A DNA stretch of 64,000 bases from Cetorhinus maximus (Eukaryota): assembly GCF_964194155.1 (NCBI RefSeq), contig NC_135896.1, positions 84,320,001 through 84,384,000 of the forward strand. Direction: 5' to 3'. This document shows, one piece after another, positions 37,551 to 50,039 of this stretch. How positions within the stretch are numbered: the first letter of the stretch is position 1; each line of letters opens with the position of its first letter. A program made the position numbers and the translations under genes. The notes below the pieces were generated by a model. That model was given only the letters and a program-made list of their open reading frames with translations. It was not told the origin of the DNA and ran no database searches.

Positions 37551-38029
37551 TTTCTCTTATTACAGGTCAGACATTCTTCCCTAGCCATTTCCAGTATCTG
37601 CTGCAGCCAGAATGCACCTTCCCTTAATGGCATACAGGCTAGCTTTAGGTAGTGCTAGCCTCACACAAGCTTGGGTCTCGTTCTGAGTCTTGCAGCCACT
37701 CATCTAGTGCAGCACATTTAGCACTGGGCTGCATGCTATAACCCTTTAGCACAGCAGGCAGCATTGGGTTTGCATGCTGTCTGCTTCTAGGAGCAGAGAC
37801 AGGTTAATCATGCAATGCAACCCCCACACTGGCTTTTGGGCCTTATCCAATGTCTCCCGCTATGATTCTAAGAATTTATGAAATTTATGACAAACTTTCA
37901 CATACACATCCTGTTCATTACTGTCAAATTGTAATATAATATACTTCTGCTGTAAATTTACAACTTTCCATAGATTGAAGATAAAATGGTTGATTATAGA
38001 CACTCGGACATCTGGGATGTTTATACATT

Positions 38030-38390
38030 ATTTACTGCACGGCATAGGTGATTCAGCCCAACTGGTCTATCCTGGTATTTATACTCCACACAAACCTTCT
38101 CTTGCCCCTCTTCATCTCACCCCAAATATATTTCTGTTCCTTTTTCCCTCACATGTTTATTTAACTTCCTCTTAAATGCATATGTGCTGTTTACCTCGTG
38201 GTAGAGAATTCTCTGGGTTAAGAAGTTTCTTCTGAGTTCCCTACTGAATTTGTTGGTGACTGTCTTATACTTATGGCCTCCTATGTCCCATCTTCCATTC
38301 TGGTATTATTCAGGTAAATCTTTTTTGCACCTTCACCAGTACCTCAAGATCCTTTTTATAATATGAAAGCCAGAACTGTTCACAGTGGTC
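38030..38390 (-). mobile_element. Old CR1 3' fragment
   Basis: Degenerate antisense CR1 tail. Confidence 0.5.
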
Positions 38391-40014
38391 GACCGTCCCT
38401 CAATTTGAGGGCGTTGTCTCCTCAGGATCGTGAGTTCCTGCCATGGGTTTTCATGTGACTGAGCAGGCCGATTCTCAACCCACAGGTCTTTGCACACATG
38501 GGGAAGGATGTCCCAAGAGGTCATGGGATCCAGATCAGGATTTATTTCCTTTTCTTTCCGCCTTTGCTGCCTCATCGTTAAGACGTTGTGACTCAAATTG
38601 TGATGTAGCTTGATGGACAAGTTATCCCATTTTGAACGTTTCTAGGAAGCTCCTCCCAGCCACGAATGCCAATGCTCCCACACTTCAAGGAGAGCTTTAG
38701 AGTGTCTATGCAGCATTTTCTTTGTCCTCCTCTGGGACACTGGCCATTTGAGAGTTGAGAAATCAGAATCTGGCTAGGGAGATGCTTTTTGGCCATCTGG
38801 ACACAGTGTCCAGTCCATCGTAGTTGATTTTGCAGGAGTTGTGCCTGGATGCTTGTCAAGCTGACTTCAAGAGGGACACTTGAGTTTATTCGACGGTCCC
38901 CCAATTGAATCCAAATGATGCGGTAGAGGTGTTGCTGATGGAATTTCTCTAGCGTTCTTATGTGTTGCTGATATACAGTCCAGGTCTCACTGCAGTACAG
39001 GAGTGTGATGATGACAAACTGCTCTGTACATTAGGATTTTTGTTGACTTACGAAAGTCTTTGTTGTCAACCACTCACTGCCATAGTTTATAGAAGGCTGG
39101 GCTGGCACAGCTAATCCGGTGTTGGATCTCAACATCAGTGGTGGCCTTGGTGGCTGCCAAGGCATTGGCAGTGCTCAACATATTCCAGAGTCTCTTTTTC
39201 AACATGTTTGGGAGGTGGAATAATTGGCTGACCAGGTGTGGGTTGATATATGAGCTTTGTTTTGGCAACATTCAAGGACAGGCCAAGTCTCTTGAATGCA
39301 GAATTGAAGAGATCAATAGTGGCTTACAAACCTGCTGCAGCACAGGCAATGACACTGCCGTCATCCACAAATTGTAGAAATGTATACTTATGGTGGTCAG
39401 TTAGTTTAATTTTGGCACGGGGGTGACTGAGGTGGAAAGGTTTTCCATCTAGGTGGTATTTAATACTGACACCAGAGGTCAGTTGATCTTTGATGAGGTG
39501 AAAAGCCACTGTCAGGTAAATTGTAAATAGTATGGGGGCCTATCACACAGCTCTGCTTGGCCCCAGTCCGGATTTTGGTGACATCTGTTTCAGATCTCTC
39601 ACTCAAGAGAGCTGCAATCAGATCATCATGAAGCAGCTGCAAGATTGTGATGAAGTTTTTGGACGTTCAAATCTTTGATGCACGATCCATAGAGCCTGGC
39701 GATTTACTGAGCCAAATGCTTTGGTCAGGTCAATGAATGCAATCAAGCGTTCCTAGTGTTGTTCTTGACATTTTCCTTGGATTTGTCTGGCAACAAAGAC
39801 CATGGGGTGGAATTTTCCATTCCGGGACTAAGTCCCGTGGTGGTGCCGGGAATGGGGAGTCTTTCCCGCTGTGGAGGCCGGTGGGAATTCACGCTGTATC
39901 ATGTGACACTGGCCTAATTAATTATGCACTCGGGGGTTTCCTGACATTTTGCGTGGCAGGGCGGGCTGAATGGCATGCGCTCTGCTGTCATATCCGGGCG
40001 CCAGATTTAAAAGC

Positions 40015-41870
40015 TACAGACTCAGTGACGCCTCTCTGGATGTCCTGCTGAATGAGGCAGAGGCCTGGAGGGGCGTCCTCTAATTGAGCATGGAAGGAGG
40101 AGGCCGACTCGATAGACCAATCCGACATGAGAGGAAGTCTCCAGGGTGGTCAGTGCCCACGGCATCCACTGGAGGACCACCTTGCAGTGCAGGAAATGCA
40201 CGAGTGACCTCATCCGCTCTGCCAGGGTAAGTGCTCACACTCACCTCACCGAATGGTAGAGGGGACGTGGGTCTCAGTGGCAATGTGATAAGGTGATGCC
40301 TCATAGCCCCATCTAGTTTACAGGTGGAGAGGCTACTGTGGATCCCTGACTCTCCCACACAGACAGCTCACATGCTGCCTGGGAAGGGTTGTGAGGAAGG
40401 GGTTCAGGCCTTGAGGGCACCAGCAAGCACCACTAATGACAGGCCTCTGTGAGCCTCATCCTTCTATCTGCATGGGCTCACCGCTCTGGAGGGTGCTGCC
40501 CCAGAACCCTTGTGGACAACCTGCAGTGCATCAATCACATGGCACACAATCCAGTGGGTTATTTGTAAGGCTGGAAGCATGAGGAAGACACATGAAACCC
40601 AATTGCTCCCAACTCCACCTTCACTCTCGTGCAGGAAAAGTTAAGACACAATAGGAGAGAGCGGGAGGGAGAAGACGGGCAGGGGCCAGCTTGACCTCAA
40701 GAATCTGATGGGCTTTGAGGAACTGGCAGCCCAGTTGTCAGGGGAGGAACCAGACCAAGACTGTGGTGATGGAGAAATCGGCTTGTGGCCTCCATCCAGT
40801 AAGGATCCACGCATGTGACATTGAAATCTAAGGGTCACGTGTCCCTCCATCGCATTCCTCCATGTTGGAGGCAGCTCATGCAGTCACTCGCTCTCTCCTC
40901 TCACATTTATAGGTGCCAGCAGGAAGAGGGCAAGGCAAGAGGACAAAGCCCTGTCCGGTGATCACACCAGTCCACAGAGGATCAAGGACATTAGAAAGGA
41001 GGAAGAACTTGCAACTGTAGAGGCGTCACAGTAGTCACCTGCACCCTCCACCAGTGCACAGACACACACCTCGGTGGGTAGTGGTGTACTTCAGGAAGGG
41101 TCTCACACTCTGGTGGTTACCGCAGGGGCATGTGTCCATGGCAGGAGAAGGCAGGGTCGGCCAAGCTCACCAGCACTTGGTGGGCTGCTGGCGATTAGCC
41201 ATCTGCAAGGTCTGAGTCCGATGACGAGCCTCTGGGATCGGCCCTGCATGAGATGCTGGACAGGCAGCGAGAGGTGGGGCAACATCAGGCAGAGGTAGCA
41301 GAGCCCCTCAGCAGAGTGGCACATGAGTGGAGGAGTCTGTCTGCCTGTTTTCTGAGGAAGTGCTTCTGACCTGTGCACGTATGGAGGTCTCCATGGGGAG
41401 GGTGGTGGACGCCATGGAGAACCTGGTCTAGCAGTTTCTGTCGGAGATGCACGCAGACCTGCACTCCATTGCTGCCGCCATGGGTAAGTTTTCATAGTGG
41501 CTACACGAGAGGGTGACGGGGCACTTCAGCCTCCCCCCAGGTACCCCTTCACCTCAAGGAGTCATGCAGGGGCTCTTGGGTGCCCAAAGGGAGGAGGGGA
41601 GGCTGTTGGACTCCCCGGGACCTCCACTCAGGACCCTCTGAGGATGTCCAGCCCTTCGGAATCCCCTTCGCCATGCGACCCCTTCAGCCTCGTCCTCTGT
41701 GACCCCAGAGAAAGCAGCCATCCCACAGCAGACAGCCAAAGGAAGCAGGGGCCCAGAGGGCAGCCGCCAAGGTAATCCAAAGCAACAAGGCCAACTGGTC
41801 AGCAGGCTGCCTCCACTCCTGCTGCGGCTGTCGGGGAAGCACCTAGTAGTGATAGGGAACGAAAGAGTAA
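40015..41870 (+). pseudogene. Intron-containing Myb/SANT-like gene of the Harbinger
   Basis: RLSDASLDVLL...RTTLQCRKCTSDLIRSAR|gtaag (40226), acceptor to EKLRHNRRER (40635), and a further acceptor at ~40912. Confidence 0.75.
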
Positions 41871-42744
41871 GGCGTTTTGATTTCATATGTGGTTGCATGG
41901 GTGCACTATGAGTATTAATCTTATGACACTTATGTAAACATAGTCCACTTGCACTTTAAAGAGGTCTGATGTGGTTTATTTGCAAAGGAATCCTTAAGCA
42001 TGTGCCCGCCCTCGCTTCCCCCCACCATCCACCCACCATCTTCCGGGGGATACCCCTTGTCCCCCGGAATCAGGCATGTGCAAGGTGGCAAAGGTGTTTG
42101 TCAGGTCCCTCGTGAGCCATGTGCAAGAAGTCTTGCGCGCATGCTGAGCCTTTGCCCTTCACATGCTCATCTGTCCCAAAGAATTAGCATTGTGAGTACA
42201 TGCTGGGGTCCGCCTTCCGTTGTCCAGTTGAGCTGACCTGCATTTCCGCCCACCCCCGATGACCCAACGCCCCTGCAGCATCTCGAGATCTCCACCACGA
42301 GGCTCTGCATAGTTGCTTTCAGCTATGGTTGCCGTTACCTTCCAGGTGCTGTCAAATACCTTTTCCCCTCCCCCCGATAACCATTCACCTCTCCCCCCCA
42401 CCAAGTATCATGTTTGACCTCCCCGCTCCTTCACTCCTCCCCCATCACCCTCCATCCAGGGTGCAGGTGAATGTAGAAATCCCCTACCTTCCCGAGGAGC
42501 ACACCCCCGTGATCTGCCCCCATCATTCTGCTGGCCACCAGGATCCACTTCCCCTTCTTCATCCTCTCCAACAACCCTGAGTGCCCCTTCACCCGCCATA
42601 GCTGAACCCTCACCCTCCCACCCTACCGGCTCTCACTGCCCCCTTTAACCCTCACCTTCCCTCCTATCACGAATTCCTGGAGTATGACCCCCAGGACCCA
42701 TCAATTGACACCACTGACCCCTCCCTCTGAACCCCTTTCCCCTC

Positions 42745-43075
42745 ATCCCCCCCATGCCTGTTCACACCTGCACACCCCCCCATCCCCATTCACACCTGCA
42801 CACCATCCCATGCCCGTTCACTCCTGCACACCCCTATCCCCATTCACATCTGTACACCCCCATCCCCATTCACACCTGCACACCATCCCATGCCCGTTCA
42901 CTCCTGCACACCCCTATCCCCATTCACATCTGTACACCCCCATCCCCGTTCACACCTGCACACACCCCTATCCCCATTCACACCTGCACACCCTCATCCC
43001 CATTCACACCTGCACACCCCCACCCCCATTCACACCTGCAAACGCCCCCATCCCCATTCACACCTGCACAACCCC
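42745..43075. repeat. C-rich ~25-bp minisatellite with an 80-bp higher-order duplication
   Basis: Unit ccccattcacacctgcacacccc; caccatcccatgcccgttca recurs at 42801 and 42881. Confidence 0.9.
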
Positions 43076-44319
43076 TCCGATCTCCCCACTAGCACTCTGG
43101 CATGGCCCTTCCCACCCTCCCGTTCCATACCAGCTCACCCATTCCATTACCCCTGCAACATCCCTCTCTGTCCCCTGCCAACTCAAAACTCCCCCAACCC
43201 CCTTTAGGCCTCTGCACCCATTCCACCTCTTCATCTCTCTCCTCCCTGTCTAATCCATCCCACCCCTCCCCAGCACAGAGCATCACCACCCAACAGCACC
43301 TCCTGCTGCCGTCCACCTGCAAATCCTCCTGGAAGAAGCTGCTGCTTGAAGGTCCACTTGGTTGATGGTCCACCCACCCCCTGCTGCGCGTGGTGTTCAA
43401 GGGTCTACAGTCACTGGAGGCCTCCACCCCGATCGCTGCAGGCTGCCCCGGACCTTCCTCAGGTAAGTCCCGAAATCTTCACGTCACGTTGACCCGGAAG
43501 TGTTCAGGACCAGCACGATATCCCGCAAGCGGCGCAGACAATCGGGCGGGGGGAGGGGGGAATGATTCAGGTCGGGCCTTCATCTGCATCCCATTAATGG
43601 GATGCAAAACGATTTCACACCAGCCTCTGGTGGGATTGGCAACCCGCCATGATGGACGGGAACGCACGCTGCTGCTGCCATTTCACGCCAGTGGGAAACT
43701 GATGTTTCAGCTCTCGCTGCATCGTTCCCCCACTGCCTGCCATTAAACCCGCCACAGGGGGGACTGGAAAATTCCACCCCAAGTCGGAGGTTCCGCTAGA
43801 AGGTCTTCAGCCACACTTCCTCTGAGAGGATTTCCTCAGCCATAGGAAGTAGTCAATTCTGGAGAATGTACATCGGGATTTTGCCTGTGGACGAGAGGGA
43901 AATACTTCAATAGTTTCCGCAGCATGATTTGTCTGCCTTCTTGAAGATAGTTACAATTGTTGCATTCCTGAAGTTGTGGGCAGGGAGTTATTTTTCACCC
44001 AAAATCCGTAGGATAAGTGAATGGAGTTTTGATGTGAGCAAAAGCCCATCAGCTTTGAAGACCTCAGCTGGATTACCATTGTTGTATGATGTGCCTGCAT
44101 ACCACTGTAATGTAAAGGTACTTGGTAGAGGCAGGGTTAATGTGGGACTGGAGAATAGCACCGCCCATGGTATGATGCATAGAGTCACATGTTAATAGAC
44201 TGAGAGAACAGTCTAGAGAGAATACTCTGGAAGCAGCCTGCTTGGAGCTAGTAGCTCCATGCATAACAGTAACCGAGGATCTGTAAATAGTTAAAGGTTA
44301 ACAATATATGGTTCATGTT

Positions 44320-44870
44320 TAAATATACAACTCTCAAGATCTTATCATTGAGATATTTAAAGAACTCAGATTGCAACAGCCATCGGGGCCTCTGGTCTTG
44401 TCGTTTATCACCTATTTGATAGCTTGTCGCAGCTTTCCCATTGGTAGTGGTTCTCCCTTGGATTCTACCACAGGGCATTGGGGGATAGCCTGGAGATTAT
44501 CAGCTCCCACTGTGTATTCACGATTGAGGAGCTTGGTAGAAGCCTGTGCCTAACTTTGAGGGAACCTTGGGGTGCTGCCATTGTCCACGTGGTCTCGATG
44601 AGTTGGTGGTCAGATTTCGGTGATGTCTTGAACTATGATTACCCAGATCCCATTGCTGCTGCAGCTTTTTTCTGCCTTTGCAGCCGGTGAGACGCACAAT
44701 CTTCCTTCACCTGTTTTGCCGTTGAGAACTTTTTGTACCGCACCTTGTCTGGCATCTTTCCTTCCAGCCAATGGTGGGCCTAGAAGGAGCAAGGAGCTCC
44801 CAATAGCATCACTCAAAGAATCGCCGGAGCGCAAAATGCACTCTACCACCTCAAGGTGGCGATCCATGGA
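44320..44870 (-). mobile_element. Second RTE-like fragment (linker upstream of RT)
   Basis: LLNREYTV...AIPQCPV...LRQAIK*VINDKTRGPDG...EFFK. Confidence 0.55.
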
Positions 44871-45392
44871 AACAAATTGTTCACAGTGTGCCAAGTGTTG
44901 TCCAACCAAGGTTCTATACAGGCCTAACATAACTTCTCTACTTTTCAATTTTATTCCCCCAGAAATGAACCCCAGTGCTCTTTTATGGCCTTATTAACCT
45001 GCATTGTGACTTTTAGTGATTTCTGCACCTGTACCCTGACATCCATCTGCTCCTCAACTCCATTTAGACAATTATTTTCCTACCAAAATGTATCACCTCA
45101 CACTTAACTATATTGAAGTACATTTACCAATCACGTGTAATTTGTCAAGTTATTAATATCTTCCTTTATTTTTTTCACAGCCCTGCTCTGTATTAACTAT
45201 GCTTCTCACTTTGGCATATTCCACAAATTTTGAAATTGATCTTCCAACTCCCGAGTCTAAACCATTGATGGAAGTGGTGAACAAGAGTGGCCTCAATGCT
45301 GATCCTTGTGGAGCACCGGATCCCAACTTTTGTCAGTCGAGGTAACTGTTTTTAACCCCTATTCTTTGTTTCTGTTTTGCAGACAGCTTTCT
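44871..45392 (-). mobile_element. CR1 RT fragment
   Basis: KSREVMLGLYRTLVGQHLAHCEQF and a degenerate PQGS/KFxDD region. Confidence 0.7.
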
Positions 45393-45914
45393 AACTAAAA
45401 GCTTCTTGGAGTGCAGAACAAGCCCCAAAATGCATTGCACACAACCTTTGTGCCCATTTTACCTCCTTCCAGGATGTATGTGGTGCTCTTCAAATGTGCA
45501 GGCTTGATAAGTGCCATCAAATTGTGCACAAAATGTAAATGAGACCTTTCTGAGATTGTGCTGAAGGGGAGGAAATTCTGTGTGTCAGACAGTGTGAGTG
45601 AGCAGGAGTAGTTGGCAATAGTGGAGGAGCATTCTGCCACAACCTACGCCCTCTTCTAAAAAAGTACTCAGTAAATATTCTGATCTTTTGCTTCATTGCC
45701 TTTAGGGAAGAGGCAATGAACTTCCCATTACATTTACCCTGACAGAGGGACCATTTTGAGTTGAATCTATGCTGGCAGTAGGCTTTATGGGCCTTTTCTC
45801 ACGTTAACTCCAATACCTGTTGCCTCAGTAGATAGAACAATGGTACAGCTAGTTGGATATCAAACTTAGCTTGAACATAATTCTAATTAACATGTTTGAC
45901 AATTAGAAAGAGGG

Positions 45915-46285
45915 CTTTCATTTATGTAGTGCCTTTCAAGACTTCAGAATGTCCCAAAGCGCGTATAGCCAATTGAGTGTTTTCAAAGTATTGTCACTGC
46001 ATGTAATATAGGGAACATGACAGCCAATTTGTCCACAGTAGTTCCCACAAACAACAATGTGATGATGACCAGATAACCTGTTTTGTTGTGATGTTGATTG
46101 AGGGATAAATATTGGCCGGGACACTGATGCTAATTCCCTTGCTTTTCTTTGAAATAGTGCCATGGATTTACCTGAGAGAACAGACAGAGCCTTGGTTTAA
46201 CATCTCATTCAAAAGATGGCACCTGCAACAGTGCAGCACTCCCCCGGTAGAGCACTGGTGAATGTCAGTTTGGATTTTTGACTGA
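45915..46285 (-). mobile_element. DeuSINE/SacSINE1-like SINE
   Basis: Antisense core and tail, as at 445-1075. Confidence 0.75.
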
Positions 46286-48485
46286 ACATTCGCATGGTCC
46301 ACGTGGTCTCCTGGATTGTTTTTGATAGCCAGTAGGAGTTGCAGAGGAACTTTCCAGATTTCTTCTTCTGATGGCTGTGAATACTTTTTGCCTCTCCCAG
46401 GAGATTATATGGCTGTGGTGGGGTGGGAAGTGTCTCATCTTAATGCCATTGGCATCAAGCAGGTCTTATCCTTTCTATCATATTCATACGCTCTATGTGC
46501 ATACTTCACACCTCCATACTTCACTTTCCAATTATATACACATTTGTCAAACAATAAGTCTTCTGTGGGAGCATGAGTCTCCCTGCAATCAAAATACTCT
46601 TGTGATACTATGGCTCAGGGTTTCTACTGATTTAGTGTGTGCTTGGAGGATTTTTATATCAGGTTAAGTAATTAGATTTGCTGTCTATTACTCTCTGAAC
46701 TATTTTATCACTAGATGTACTTCGGTAGCACATACAATTCCTCTCTGGTTGACTTAATTGCCTTTCCCTCTCTCCATACTTATCTCCAAACCAAAGCATG
46801 TAAAATATCAGAGTCATCCATTAATCTGAAATTCCTCCTCCCTGAACCAGATTTCAATCGTAATCTAATGTCTCACTGTTAAGAAAATGTCTTTCTATAT
46901 GACTGCCAAGGGTAGTAAATGGAGGCTTTTTATTTTTTATCTCCTAAATGTGCAAAACACAAGGAGTAAAACTGCAATAAAGTTTCATTTGTTTTATTTT
47001 CATGGATTGAAATGCCCCCTGGCACTCCTGCGATTGATTTAATTGGTCCTTTAGGCTAGAGTCTTGCTCGAGAAGTTGAAATCCAAAGGCTGTAATCTCA
47101 GGCCTGTTAAACCATTTTGTGGTACCAATGCCCCAACAACAACTTACATTATATTGTGCCTTTAACATAGTAAGATGTAACAAATGGCAATTCACAGGAG
47201 CATTACCTGACAAAATTTGACACTGAGCTACAGAAGATGATTTCGCAAAAGGTAAACAGTGTTTGGAGGAGCGTCTTAAGAAAGAAGTAGAGTGGTGTAG
47301 AGGCTTGGGGAAGGAATTTCAGAGCCTATGGTCCAGTTAACTGCAGGCACAGCAGCCAATGGCGGGGTGATTAAAATTGGGAATGCACAAGAGGCCAGAT
47401 ACCCCGAGGGCTTGTAGGTCTGGAAGAGACTACAGAGATGGGGAGGGGTGAGGCCATGGACACACTTGAAAATAAGGATGAGAATTTTTAAACCAAGGTG
47501 CTGCTGGACCAGGAGCCAATGTAAATCAGCAGGCACAGGGTAAGGGGTGAATGGGACTCAGTATGAGTTAGGATCTGGGCAGCAGTGTTTTGGATAAACT
47601 CAAATTTATGGAGGGTAGAAATGGAAAGTTGGTGAACATAGGAATGGTCGATTCCAGAGGTAACAGAGACATGGCTGAGAGTTTCAGCAGCAGGTGAGCT
47701 GAAGTGGGGTGGAGACAGCCAATGCTACAGAGGTGGAAGTAGATGGTCTTGGCGATGTGGATATATGGCCAGAGGCTCAGCTCTGGGTCAAATAGTTTGT
47801 CAATGTTGTGAGCAGTCTGGTGCAACCCCAAACATTTGCCAAGGAGTTGAATGGAGTCATTGGCTAGGGAATAGAATTTGTCAAAGAAAATTTCTGCTCA
47901 TCCAGGACTGGATGTTGAACAAGGAGTATGACAATTCAGAGACAGCAGAGAGTTGAGAGAGATGGTGGTGAGAAGAGCTGGTTGCTGTCAGCGTACATGT
48001 GGAAAGTGATGTGCTTTCAGATGATGTTGGCAAGAGAAAGCATAGGGCTGATCAATAGAAGGGAGTCAAGGATAAACCCTAAGGGGCCTCCAGAGGTAAA
48101 TATGTGGATACAAGAAGAGAAACCATTGCAGATTTCTCTGGTTATGACTGAATAGATAGAAATGAAACCAAACAAGCACAGTCCTGCCTAGTTGGCAACA
48201 GAGAAGCTTTGGAGGAGGGTGGTGTGGCCAACTATGTCAAAAGCTGCAGATCCGTTTATCGTGGTTTCATCTTGGGATTTGTTAGCTTCTTACTCCAAAG
48301 GCGTCAATCCCCATCAGTGTCCTAGGCTCCCTAGCAGAATGTCTGTGTTCCCTTAAGGCAAACACATTGGTGGAGTGGGATAGCAGCTTCTCACGACAGC
48401 TGGCTCCTGGGCTGTGACACTTACGATTGTAAAGACCAATCAAGGAAAAATTGATTCAAGAGAGAACCCTCCAGGATTCGAACGA

Positions 48486-48971
48486 TCATAGCGCCTTGAA
48501 ATGGAAGGCAATGAACTGAAATTCTCCCTCTCCTCTTCTGCGTTGCACACTGGGAAGGGTGGAAACACCGGCTTGACAAAATGAAGCACTTTCAGCTCCT
48601 ATGAAGAACTTTTCAGCTGTATCATTCACCACTGCTGTGATGACAAGAGAAGCATTCAATACCTGAGTGAGGAATGAATCTGGTATTTGAAAAGAAGAAC
48701 GAAGAACATCCTGAAGACACTGCTGGAGATGAGGAAAGGAGAACTTTCCTACCACTCTTAGGGTAGGAATTTCCCTTTCTACATGTAGTGATATCGCTTC
48801 CACACTTGCTTCAGCATGAGGCTGCCCCACTGCAGACGTTGATACCTCGGGGCCTGCTGCAGAAAGTAGAATTGCACCATCATCAACAGTGGAATAACCT
48901 TCCGGTCTGGGATCTATAGGAATGTTCCTGTGTAGTACTTTGGTCTGCAGACTTACTTGAAAGTTTAACAT
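48486..48971 (-). CDS. 161-codon open frame of unknown origin inside the Gypsy derivative
   Basis: ORF track only; same strand as gag; no motif recognised. Confidence 0.3.
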   Translation of the reverse strand: MLNFQVSLQTKVLHRNIPIDPRPEGYSTVDDGAILLSAAGPEVSTSAVGQPHAEASVEAISLHVEREIPTLRVVGKFSFPHLQQCLQDVLRSSFQIPDSFLTQVLNASLVITAVVNDTAEKFFIGAESASFCQAGVSTLPSVQRRRGEGEFQFIAFHFKAL

Positions 48972-49047
48972 CAGCTTCGGGCGATTTTACTCCAAGTCTC
49001 TGTCATAATCAGAAAGACCACTAGTGTCAGTACTTCTGCAGACTCTT

Positions 49048-49881
49048 TCATCTGATCCTTAGATGCGGAATGGGATTTACACACTTCTGTACTGCAGCAC
49101 ATTCACTTTCTTTTGTTGCACTATTTCTAATGTATAAATCCCTCTCTGTGGCTTGGTTGTGACTGTGTGGCTGCAAATAGCTGGGTTTATAGTTCAGCCT
49201 TCTCTTTTTGGTGTTAGATTTCTCCAACTCATGCTTAATTTCAACATTTTCAAGCTCCATTTGATGCTCAACTTTAAATTTTTCTAAGGTGCTATTCAGC
49301 TGTAGAAGCTTTATAGTTTGGGCCTCAGCTTCTTTACTGAAAGAAATCTTGAGTGCTTCCATGGCTAGCTGATGAGATCCAAGTGCGGACTCTAGCTTTC
49401 GTTTATGCAGATTAATGACCTCTGAACTTTTACTATTGGTTTGAAGCGATTTGGAGTCAAGCATCTCATTCTCCCTGGATAGCTTTTTCCTGGCTGCTTC
49501 CAATTGTTGTTGCCTGTCATTCGTCGGCTCAGTGGAATAAGCAGACAAATTCACCTCTTTATTACCTTCTTCAACAGGGGGGTTATTCCCCTCAAAAGAG
49601 ACATAGGAGACTTCACGATAATTGGCAGTGGAGTCAAAGAGTGTAGTAAGGTCCAGGTCCTCTTTTTCCAACAGATCATCTGCCTCTGTGGCGGCTACAT
49701 TCTCTTGCACTCTTTCCTGAAAGAGGCAACTGAGGTCTAGAATATCATCTTGTGGGTGGTCACCATCTTTCTTGGTGCATCCTATTCCTGCTTCTTCTAG
49801 CCTGTTCCAAAAGAGAAGTGAAAGATTTGTAATATCCTCCTGCGGTCCCTGGAGTTGAATAGAGGGTGGTTCCAGTGTCAC
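49048..49881 (-). CDS. Chimeric ORF: protease tail, acidic repeats, CLIP1-like coiled coil
   Basis: TLEPPSIQLQGP resembles the protease tail ITLQPSSI*LQV at ~24600. KLSRENEMLDSK...KLESALGSHQLAMEALKISFSK resembles CLIP1 as I recall it. Confidence 0.75.
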   Translation of the reverse strand: MTLEPPSIQLQGPQEDITNLSLLFWNRLEEAGIGCTKKDGDHPQDDILDLSCLFQERVQENVAATEADDLLEKEDLDLTTLFDSTANYREVSYVSFEGNNPPVEEGNKEVNLSAYSTEPTNDRQQQLEAARKKLSRENEMLDSKSLQTNSKSSEVINLHKRKLESALGSHQLAMEALKISFSKEAEAQTIKLLQLNSTLEKFKVEHQMELENVEIKHELEKSNTKKRRLNYKPSYLQPHSHNQATERDLYIRNSATKESECAAVQKCVNPIPHLRIR

Positions 49882-50039
49882 TCTATTCAGCCATGAAACT
49901 GTCAGCTAACACTAAGACATGAACCCCTGTGTCTAGCTTGAATTTGGTCAGAGCTATTTACATCAATATCACCACTCCAATACTGGTTTTTATTTTCCAT
50001 TATTTCTCCTAGGAAGATGATTTCCTAGTTGTCAAAGTC

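Larger units (their letters stand above)
39804..43780 (+). mobile_element. Non-autonomous PIF/Harbinger transposon (~4 kb)
   Basis: Perfect 16-bp TIRs GGGGTGGAATTTTCCA (39804-39819 and 43765-43780). Rebuilding the RTE target implies a 3-bp TSD with one mismatch. Myb gene present, no transposase seen. Confidence 0.9.
38395..44255 (-). mobile_element. RTE-clade (BovB-like) LINE split by a Harbinger element
   Basis: GTSDMVFVARQ (across the insertion), LLHDD...TGAKQSCVIGP, LQFVDD, QLRWTGHCVQM...RGGQRK...DTLK. Confidence 0.85.

Noticed and set aside
42684-43253. His/Pro-rich ORFs up to 189 aa
   Set aside because: Translations of a stop-free C/A-rich minisatellite, open in several frames.
49048-49881. 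Genuine host CLIP1 exon
   Set aside because: It lies within a TSD-bounded LTR element, fused to protease sequence, with no other CLIP1 exons in the window.
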